Assembly: GCA_964035545.1 (NCBI GenBank)
Contig: OZ037773.1
Location: 5,609,751 to 5,673,750 of the forward strand
Reading direction: 5' to 3'
Length of the DNA: 64,000 nt
From: Bugula neritina
Lineage: Eukaryota; Animalia; Bryozoa
Shown: piece after piece, positions 1-11,500 of the stretch
Layout: each line of letters begins with the position of its first letter
How positions within the stretch are numbered: position 1 is the stretch's first letter
The notes under the pieces: model-generated
Seen by the model: the letters and a program-made list of their open reading frames with translations, nothing else
Told to the model about the DNA's origin: nothing
Databases searched by the model: none
Made by a program: the position numbers and the translations under genes

Positions 1-974
1 TTTTTCGTGTCAAATAGACGATTTCGTGTGATTCTCACGATCGTGAGGCCAGGCCTTTAGAGAATGAAATTTCTTGGTTCAAGTTTATATTACTATATGT
101 AACCAGTTGATGGAAATTTTCAGTTCCTCATAGTTAAGTGAATCACCTATCATGGAGATTATAAAAAATATATTGTTGATAGAATTGTAGTTGTTATACC
201 CACTCAGTTAGCACAATTAGTAGTTAGGTAATTGCGTTTTTCTTATTAATGTATATTTCTACTACTTAAATGTATTTTTGTTATTTATTCATTATATTAG
301 TACAGCAATACTTGGTATTTTATGGAATTATAGTTTTCAAGCTACATTGAAACCAGCATTATTGTATTTCTGTGAAATATTTGATGCTCATGTGACTTCG
401 TAGCAAAGTCTCTACAAAACTTTGGGTGAATTTACTTGCTATTTATCTTCTGAGACTTGAGTTTATTTTGCATGTTTCACATTTTGTGCTAAAATGTGTG
501 AAGCTTTTGACTGATATATTCAAATGGGTTTTCTTTACTTAGTTTGCATAGCTAGTAACCCTGATTTTCGGTAAATTTTTGCCAAGAAAAATTAACTTTG
601 TGTTCTTTGTCTAGATGTTACTACATACTAATTTTTTACAGTTTTTATAACATGTTGTGTTGTAATAAATGTGACCTTTTAAATCAGCCAAGCTGATTAG
701 TTTTAAATCAAACACTAGAAATCACTGCAGCTTCAGAAAATATTCTGGAATATAATTCTAAAAGATACTGCAGTGTCTTTTATTCAGATTGATTTTTTAT
801 ATCGTTGTACTATATTGATCAATTGGTATATTATTGATAGATTGATATATTATATTGATATTATATTTAAAGATCAAACTGAAACAGACTTTCTACTGAG
901 ATGTTTCCCTTTAGGCACATCACGCTGTCTCTTACTACCATATATTTCCTAGTGCAAGTGTTTACCTCTAATGG

Positions 975-1375
975 TGCTATAGGTTAGTATATACTGGTTC
1001 AACTTGCTATATGCTATAGTGCTATAGGTTAGTATATACTGGTTCAGCTTGCTATATGCTATGATGCTATAGGTTAGTATATACTAGTTCAACTTGCTAT
1101 AGTGCTATAGGTTAGTATATACTAGTTCAACTTGCTATATGCTATAGTGCTATAGGTTAGTATATACTGGTTCAGCTTGCTATATGCTATGATGCTATAG
1201 GTTAGTATACACTAGTTCAACTTGCTATAGTGCTATAGGTTAGTATATACTGGTTCAGCTTTCTATATACTATGATGCTATAGGTTAGTATATACTAGTT
1301 CAACTTGCTATAGTGCTATAGGTTAGCATATACTGGTTCAGCTTTCTATATGCTATATGCTATAGGTGAGTTTAT
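975..1375. repeat. Minisatellite with ~37-45 bp units (gctataggttagtatatactrgttcarcttgctat...)
   Basis: About 9-10 visible tandem copies. Confidence 0.9.
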
Positions 1376-2580
1376 GCTATATAGCAGGATTTTCTGCAGT
1401 TAAACCTGGGCTAGAGAAAGCCGAACTTTGTTATTAGGTAGAATTTTTTATTAATTTTTGATGATGCAGTTCAACTCTATAAGATAAGTGCAACTATTAA
1501 TTATTTTCTAATTATCATTCAAAGCATTATCAAAAACAATTAGTTTGACTGTGGTTGATTTATTCATACCCACTGTTGAACTTTTTAAATAAATCAACTT
1601 TGATTTTTTTTCCTGCTATTTATCCATCCTGAAACTTTATGGTTTCATTATGGCTATTAGTGTTGATTTCCTAGAAACTCTTCTTGAAGAATACACTGGC
1701 CGAGTAAACAACAAGAATAAAGACCAGTGATTTCTCATTGATATACTCAGAATTTTACACCTGAATTCACGAGTATAAATATCTCTTTTGTAAAGTAAAT
1801 TGCGTTTTGAATTTTTCTGTTGAATGTTGTCTTTATTGCAGTCTTAGATTATGACAAATTAAGTTAGACTATAGAAGAACTGTCTATGCAGGTTTAATAT
1901 TTTACCTACTCCTAAACTAGGTCATAAGTCCTTCAGTATACTTGCTATCTTGCCTTATCTTTGAGTTTTATGACTAAGGTGAAGGACACTTGATTTGGCT
2001 ATATGGAAGGCTTTACTCTGTCAGTAAATGACTTTTCCTGTTCTTTAGACGTCATGCTATGATAATGATTTCCCCGTACAAAAAGTTTTTCAATTAAAAA
2101 GAGTGTATCTTACCTATTCTGCCTATTAATTTGCCATGACTAGGACATTTCTAGTTCCCTCGCCTCCTCCTTACAAATGCCAATAGTTACTAACCTCCCT
2201 CTCTCTAGGTAGCTTAAGTCCCTGCTGCCAAGAAAGCTGACTCTGGATTAGGTTTCCTCAAAATTTCTTATTTCCTCAAGTCTTTAGTAAGCTGCCTGGT
2301 CATGTGACAGTTCACTGCTTCATCGCAGCCCTGGATCTAGTTTTTAGTAACTGATAGGCATTTGTTTAGCTAGGAAATAATTAGATATGTCTCAAATATC
2401 CTGAATTCACAAGTAATTAGATCTAGTAGGAAAGGCACAGTTCTCTTTCTTGTAAAACATGCAAAAAGCATGCTAGAGGTATATGGTATATTTTCATTAT
2501 AATAGACATTGTACTAGTTTTCAATTCCTTTGCAGTTAAATTGTGTTGTACTTTTCAAGGCGTTGGGTTTATGATTTCAG

Positions 2581-5500
2581 GCTCGATTCAGCTGAGTGAG
2601 CACATTGGCAGCTATGAAGCCCTGGAGTATAATCGTAATACACTCCGGGAGAGACATTTTAGGACTAGGAGATCAGTATACGATAAAGTTATTATCCAGA
2701 ATATAACAGCCTTCAACAGGTAATGTGAGCTTATCACTCGTCCATCATTTCATTAGAAAGTAGCTAAAAGCAGCACCGAGTTGGTGGTCACTGGGTTCGT
2801 TGGTTTTGGAGGTCTCCGGTTTTACTTTCTCACAAATCAAGTCTTGTTGTATTAGCAAGCAGCTATAATACATCAATGTGCTCCTTATATCCTGAATGTA
2901 TGATAATGCAGGGAGTTCAGGCTACGGCTCCACCCCGACACCGAGACCTTCCATCCTAAGGCTACGGTTCTCTTCAATGGAACTGAGGCTCCTTTAGACA
3001 TGTCCCATCTCTTCCGAGGCACTGTAGAAGGTAACATCTAAGGCTAAAGTATGGATGCGTATATGTATTTATAGTGCTTGGAGTCTAGACTACAGAGTTA
3101 GTACTTAGTGTCTAAATCCATCATCTGACTTATAAATCATCCAGTAACAAAGGACAGTGAGATAGGCTGCACTTAGGGCAGTAAATCCTGGGAACTTTTG
3201 GTAGTTGTCACCTATTTAAACTGATACTAGTAGTACTTATACTAGTAGCTCCACTGTTACTAGTAGGTTGACTGTTACTAATACTACTGTTACTACTGCT
3301 AGTAGTACTGATACTAGTAACACTGTTACCAGTACTGCTGCTACTAGTAGTACTGTTAGTAGCCGTACTGTTGCTACTAGTAGAGGTATAACTTGAGCAT
3401 ACACCAATAGATAGTACTTGAGCTAGTGTAGGAATATGCACTGTATGCCTTACTCCAACCTTAATTAGCAAATTACGTTAACACTGGTGCCTGAACATTG
3501 TAACCATGTTATTATTTAAAATCACTCTAACAATAATTGGTTATGGGCGTTGCTCTGTTCAGCGTTGTATTGCCCATCTATTGATAGTTGGTTGATGAAC
3601 CTGGTGGTTAGTCATAAAATTATATCGTAATATGGGTTAGTCACGATAAGCATTAGGAAAGCACTGGTTACTACTTGACAACTGCTATGTCATAGCATAA
3701 TGATGGTTACGATATCATTTCCCAACAATTATATCTATTAATGCAGATCGCACCATTATTATAGGACACTATCATTAGAATAGCTATCAATATAGCCGTA
3801 TTATCATAATTAAACTTCCTATTTTTTATTTCGCGACTGTAGTGGCCTAATTAGGTCTCCCAACTAACATGGCTTCCATAGATCTTCCTGTTTCAGCTCG
3901 TTCACTGCTAGACTGGCTTTCTGAGTGAATAAATCTCGCCATCAGCCCAAATCTTTCCCCGTAATATACAACATGGCATGCCAAGTTTCTTGTTCAGAAA
4001 TCACCGCACCAGTTAATCAAATTTCATGATATAGTTATGTTTTGTATAAATCTACTGGCCGAGGCGTTTCAACTCAACCCAGTGCCCCTCTGTTGGCCAA
4101 ATTACTAAAATGTAATTTTGTGAAGTTTTGTAGCAAATAAAAGTCATCGGTGAACACAGAGATTGAATTGTAGCCCAAAGTTCATGATTAACTAGCCCCG
4201 GTTCTTTATCTACTCCTGTGATGCGTTGTTGTAGACCACCCTGGTAGCAGAGTAATAGGTGCCATCACAGATGGGGTATTCCACGGGAGAATTATCCTCT
4301 CTCCCTCTGACGTCTACTATGTAGAGAAAAAGGAGCACTACAAGGATAACAAAGATCTCTACGATAACGAGATGGCTCACTCAGTTATCTACCATGATAG
4401 CAGTGTAGACGTCGAGAAGTTCTACAGGTTACTCAAAGCTTATATTGTTACAGTGTGTCATTGTAGTACAAACAATGTGATGGAACGGCTTTGCTTTGCC
4501 CTAGTTGCTTTAGTAGTTACACTATCTGCCAGTATCTGTCTCTATCTGCCAGTGTGTGTGTCACAGATCTATCTGTCCGTGTGTCACAGGTATATCTGCC
4601 AGTGTGTGTCACAGGTATATCTGCCAGTGTGTGTCACAGGTATATCTGCCAGTGTGTATCACAGGTATATCTGCCAGTATCTGTCTCTATCTGCCAGTGT
4701 GTATCACAGGTATATCTGTCCGTGTGTGTCACAGGTATATCTGTCCGTGTGTGCCACAGGTATATCTGTCCGTGTGTGTCACAGTTCTATCTGTCAGTGT
4801 GTGTCACAGATATATCTGCCAGTGTGTGTCACAGGTATATCTGTCCGTGTGTGTCACAGGTATATCTGTCCATGTGTGTCACAGGTATATCTGTCCGTGT
4901 GTGTCACAGGTATATCTGTCAGTGTGTGTCACAGGTATATCTGTCCGTGTGTGTCACAGGTATATCTGCCAGTGTGCCTACCTGCCAGTGTGTGTCACAG
5001 GTATATCTGTCAGTGTCGCAGGCCCAGACTTCTAACTAACATGCCACTCAGCAAATTATTAACAGTAAAAAGTGAGGGTTTAAATACCAAACTCTAGTAG
5101 AAAATCATTCAAACCAATTCCATGTTCTTTAAAAGGGAATAATTTATTACAAGCTAGTTGTAGCAAGCTATTTCCATGTTTCCTAAAACCTGTTTCTTTA
5201 ATTAGTAGTTTAGAAAACAACTTTTCCTCTCCAATTCAGCATTATTTTGCCAGAAATTTCGAGCTCATTTGCTTACTTGCAGTACTATATTGATTTTTAT
5301 TACAAATTTTGAGTTCCAGTGCCCAGTTCGAGCAATTACCAAGTAGTTAAAGACTTTTCTTCAAAGCGATAAAAGTTTGGGTAGTTGGGCAAGGCCCATT
5401 TCCTCCATGGCTGATATAGGAATCTCATTCATCATTCTGTTAAACATTATATTGTTAGGAATTTATTCATAAATGTGATGATTGCACCCAAGGGACTACT

Positions 5501-8500
5501 AGTAATACATGCACTAGTAGCTTCACTTGTGTTGATCAACACATGTCTAAGCAATTAACTGCATTCTTTAATGGAACACATGGTCAGTTCATAGACCCCC
5601 ACAGGCAGCTTCTCCTAATATCCCAGTTTTAGACTTCATAGCGGAATATGCCCCTAGACACACTTTACCCGATCATAGGTGTTACAGCAAATGTCAGCCA
5701 TTTTTACAAATGTCCGAGCTTCCTGTACGACATTACGGTATGTAAAGATCAAACACTATTTGATTCAAAAAAGTTGCATCGGGCTCCTTTTGGACAGAAC
5801 GACGTTTGCGGCAACTCATTGGATATAAATGTTCAATGAGGTGTCATAGATCTTACCCAATAGTGGGCGTGCGGTGAGAACTTCAGCCCAATAAAAATGG
5901 CTGACATTTTACGTTACGGCCTACGATACGGCAAAGTGTGTTTTTAAGGAGATATTGTGAAAGTGAGGGACAACTTCTGACACTCCTTTCACAGATCACT
6001 GACATGTATTAAGTGGTTGTTCAGGGTTGGTGTCTGACTGTTTGCAGGGAGAAACGAGAGGCCGAAGGTCATCAGTCATGTGGAAACAGCAAGGCTAGCG
6101 TCTACCAGTGGATGGACAAAGTGAAGCGTTCTGTAGTACAGGAGGTGAGTTACTGGTGTTTCTGTTCCCTGGAGTTGGCCAACCAAATAATAACATGAAT
6201 TGGAGAACCTTATGAGTCCTTCTCGGGGCCGGCTATTTTAGTACCAAGAATTATGGTTGAAAAATTCAGAATGGATTGAAATATTTTGAAAAATTGAGGT
6301 GTAATTCATATTAAAATATTTTTTTCTTGATGCTAAAATGAGTATATTGGCCCAAGATTGCCCTAGGAAAACCAAAATCAGCTGATTTTTAAAAAAAAGC
6401 TCTTGTAGGGAACATACCTAATTTTCTATATGTCCTCATAAATATTGAGCAAAATATGAATTGCCAACAAATAATGAGTTAATTTTAGGTGGTACCATAA
6501 TTATGATCGCCTGAGTGAAACGTGACATGGCGTAGGACGTGGCTGTTTATATATCACCTAGTGACTGCATTTTATATCCAACTTACTATGAGTTAGTAAT
6601 ATATTGGTTATTGTAGCCGTCTTTTACCCACACAGCCGGTGACAACCCGTACTTGCGGATGAAGAGAGAGAACAACTTCTACTCACATGCTAGAACGAAG
6701 CGAGCCACTAATTTCAATACTATATGTAACCTCTTTCTCCAGGGGGACCCCCAGCTTTGGGCCTACTTTGATGGATTGTTTAGCGGAGAGGTAGTATAAT
6801 ACAGGGCCCCCTATTTTTCCTAAACAGTTCAGGTCTCATGCTATGACCGCTATGCTAGTGTTGACCAACTAATAGCTGTAGGGTGTGAATTTCAACCAAC
6901 GCTACCAATTTTGTAAAGTCGCTATAATTTTTTTTACTGTTTTCATATGTGAATGTGTTTAACTTCTTGTTTCTACTACAACATTTCCATCTTCACTACA
7001 GCTTTAACGTCTTCACTGCAGCTTTAACATCTTCACTACAGCTTCAACATCTTCACTACAGCTTCAACATCTTCACTACAGCTTCAACATCTCCACTACA
7101 GCTTCAACATCTTCACTACAGCTTCAACATCTCCACTACAGCTTTAACATCTTCACTACAGCTTTAACGTCATTATGTTAAACAACACAAGTTCCTGGAA
7201 TGTGATTAAAAATAGTTTCAATCATAGAAATTTAAGTGCTCAATAAACTAATGCTAAAACTGTGGGCAGCTTACAAGCAATGTTTCTGCCTTCTCAAAAT
7301 GTCAGTCTTTTGTTTTGAGGTAATCCGTAGACCAGGAAGTTGACTTGTAATCTAGTCTGAAATAATGCCTTACATTCTTTCAGCTCACCATACTTAGCAT
7401 TCTTACACCAGGAGTAAATCCTATCGTATGTGCTGGTTGTGTGCCCCTGAAGTGTTTAGTTTTGCATGGCCTGTTGAGATTCATTCACCTCATTGATCTC
7501 TTACTTGTTAGGCCACCGATGAACAGATACGTGACGAGATCAGTGCCCTGTTTCATCAGCACGTCACAAGCGTTCACGACATCTACTTCCGCACTTCATT
7601 CCGCCAATACGACTCTTCAACTTACTATAGAAACTACGGCTTCAGAGTAGACAGGGTACAGGTGAGATTTTGTGAGATTATAAGAGATTATACTGTAATT
7701 ATACTGTAAATAATTAAAATCTCTTCTGCTACATTGTATAGTCTTGCATCATCAGACAGTGTGGGGTCACTGAATGGAGACAATGTACAAATCTACCAAC
7801 TGTATATACATACATACTTACCTACCAACTGTATATACATACATACTTACCTACCAACTGTATATACATACATACTTACCTATCAACTGTATATACATAC
7901 ATACTTACCTACCAACTGTATATACATACATACTTACCTACCAACTGTATATACATACATACTTACCTACCAACTGTATATACATACATACTTACCTACC
8001 AACTGTATATACATACTTACTTACCTACCAACTGTATATACATACTTACTTACCTACCAACTGTATATACATACATACTTACCTACCAACTGTATATACA
8101 TACATACTTACCTACCAACTGTATATACATACATACTTACCTACCAACTGTATATACATACATACCTACCAACTGTATATACATACATACTTACTTACCT
8201 ACCAACTGTATATACATACTTACCTACCAACTGTATATACATACATACTTATATACAAATTGTATATACATGTATACTCAGGCCTATACTTGCATGCCTA
8301 CCAACTCCCCAGTCTTATATTCACACTCAAACATCTTATATTTAACTAATTATGTTATGTTTTATTGTTTTACAACATGCAGTACCAACATTAAGGTGGG
8401 CCTCTCCTCTTTTTGCTATGAACTTTGCTTAGAGCTGTTAATGTTACGGTTGGCATCTTGATTTCTTTTAATTTGCTGTTATAATGTTTTATTTACCATC

Positions 8501-11500
8501 AATACCCTAGCTCTTGTTATAGAGTTATCCTCTCAATATGATTGTTTATACTGGAATATTGCTTAAAAAAAGTAGTTTCACGCTTTGTTATGAATAGAAT
8601 ATGTTGTAAGTGCCTGAGCTCCTTGTAGATTAGCAAGAAATGTGACTGCAGTACGGGCGAGTGCCAAACCAACCCCTTTTGCAGCACCAACATTGATGCC
8701 AGCAACCTGCTAAATCTCCACTCGGATAACAACCACAATGGCTACTGTCTTGCCTACCTCTTTACCTACAGAGACTTTGATGGCGGTACTCTGGGGCTAG
8801 CCTGGGTTGCCGAACCCACTAGTAAGTGCATATAGTCTGAGTAGGTGATCCGCATACGCTATTGTCTCTTTGTCTGTAGTTGGAATTTTGAAATTTAAAC
8901 TGTTTCCCGCTCCTGTTAAATCAGTGAGTAAAGCCTACATCTATACATACGGTACTCATTTCAAACTGTGCTTCTGCTGTTACATTTTTATTTGTTCAAA
9001 AGCTTAGCCAATGTTGATTGAAGTGTAAAGATCCCGTATTTTGTTCACATTTATTCAAAACCAAATGTTTTAGTTTCTAAGTATGACTGGAAGCACAGTT
9101 TATGGTCCGTAGGTATTAACAAGGTAGTGTAATAACGAGCCAATTTCTGATACGTTTCCAAACATGGTTTCAGTGAGTCACCAAGTAATATACTTGGGAA
9201 TAAACAAGCTAATATCTAATTGGTTAAATAGTATACGAATGTGTAAATGCCAAATATTGGGTTTTTGCTGCAACCATGTTTTAGCTAGGTGGGAGAATAC
9301 CAAAGTTCCCCATAACTTTTCTCTGGGGTTTGAAATATTAATTATAGCTGTTCAACTGGCAGTCACCATTTTCTGGTTTTGAAGTTGTGTCCACCTTAAG
9401 TTTGTAGCTATGGTTATATAATTCAATATTGATTGACGTTTTCAGGCAGCCTATTGGTGTGTGAATTATAATATGTTGTACTGTGTTGACCTACATTTCA
9501 GAGGTGGGCGGAGTTTGCTCAACATACACTTCAGTTCGAGACGGGGACATCACTGGTACTCGTAGCCTAAATACCGGTATCATAACGCTTAACAATTACC
9601 GAAAGCGGGTCCCGCCCCGCGTGTCCTACCTCACATTTGCTCATGAAATTGGCCATAATTTTGGTGCTAAAGTGAGTCAAGCTGCACGCTGGCCGATGAT
9701 TACGGCCTTCTGTACGTCTGCTCTGCTCCAGCTAGCTCCAGTAGCCATGATTCTTGCATGCTCTGATTCGCTAGGTTAGGGGGGGGTGCTGAAACCACAT
9801 TGTTATGTTAGCTATCAGTCTAATGGCTCTCTGCCATGCTATGTCATGTCAGTGCTGAAACCTGTCTCAATTGAAACAACTGCTATGATTGGCTTGCACT
9901 TCTGCTGGTATTCAGCGCTAATCACATTCAGATTTGTAGGTCTGCAGATTTGCATTAACTTGCAGTATAGTTAGCACCCTAAACCTGTAAGAGACCCTCT
10001 GATATCTTGGTGGTGGGTTGACACGGTTGACACTCGGGTTCAGTTTGTTGACCAGATTCTGGTCAAATTTAGATTTTCCGCAGTGTCTCAGGAAGGTAAT
10101 TCATTTCACCAGTTGTTTGTTTTACTACATCTTGGCTGTCATCCGTTTAGTATTGTTGTACCACACTGGACTATATGATGTTTATCATCAGTTTGGTATT
10201 GTGATGCCACGCTGGGCTATAAATAGATATCATCAGTTTAGTATTGTTGTACCACACGTAGTACTAGTGCCAGGAGTTGGCGGTTGATTATTTAATGTAG
10301 TCTGAAGTTGGAACTTTCTGGAAACTTTCGTTCAGGAAAGCAGCATGTGAGATGGTTTAGTGTTGTAAATTAGGTTAAATTGACTGAGTTCTGATTATAC
10401 CAGACGTACTGTTACACCGTCGTTAGTTCTAGGGCTATGACCTCACTTCAGCTAACGGCTCACCCCTACTAACTTCCTGCTTGATATATGTGTTTCCTGC
10501 TGTACCATTTCTGTAGATCAAGCAGGTGGAATCTGCAGTGAACAGGCTCTGTACGCTCAAACCGGCAACCGCCAGAGCCTCAACACTGGCATTGTAACGC
10601 TTCAAAATTTTCAGCGAAGAGTACCGCCTTCTGTGTCAGCCATAACCTTTGCTCACGAGTTGGGTCATAACTTTGGTGCTCAGGTAATAAGAGACGGGTG
10701 TGGCGCATTACCTGGCCCCACCTGTAAGTAGTACAAGACACCCAGCCTATTGACTGCTAAATACTTCCTGGATTTGTGAATAAGAAAAGTTGGACTACTT
10801 CTATTTTAGCAAGCACTTTATTTTCATGGCACACTGTTGAGTTAAAAAGTTTATCAATAGGCTGTGGTGTCTTCTCTCTCCATATTTTCACTAAATACCT
10901 CTGCTTTTATGTAACATGTTTGTTCATCCCACCTTTCAAAAGCAAGTCCAGCTATTCAGTTCATTTTTTAATAAAATAAGTTTGCATTAGTTTATAATAG
11001 TTTCAGTCACATCGATTTTACTTCAGTTGAAAAGTATTTGTAAATTTGTAATCAATAGTGTGACAATCAGGTGTCGGTGATTTGTCAAGTCATTTCTCTG
11101 GCACAAGTTATTACTTAAGATCAAGTTAAGTTATGACTTTACGTGTCAGAATTAAGTTAAATTTTAAATTTCAAATCATTTATATATTTTAAGTCAACTC
11201 ATTGAGAAGAGTAAGTTTAGTCATGTTGAAGAATTTCAAGTACTGAAGTCGTTAAGTAAGTGAGTCAATATGACTTGAAATCAGTTGTGCCAGATAAGTG
11301 CAGCATATCTAGTCTCTCTTCAAGCATGGCTCCTTGCATCCCACTGCTGCTATGAAAAGTCCCTAATACCCTGCAATATGCTCTGATTGCTCTAGCTCTG
11401 TCTCCATGCATGGTACACACCTGCTTGCATATATACTGTGCTAATGATTAAATGTTGCTGCAAATCTCAACTGATCATTAATGCATGTTGTGCTGTAATT

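Noticed and set aside
4428-5097. Three long overlapping Cys/Val-rich ORFs
   Set aside because: They read through the stop-free 25-bp minisatellite. Only 4235-4427 is a real ADAM10 exon.
7734-8349. YIHTYLPT-repeat ORFs of about 200 aa
   Set aside because: Translation of the 29-bp intronic minisatellite.
8943-9116. Imperfect inverted repeat upstream of exon A (aaactgtgcttc / gaagcacagttt)
   Set aside because: It is self-contained and looks like a decayed MITE; no link to the A/B splice signals is visible.
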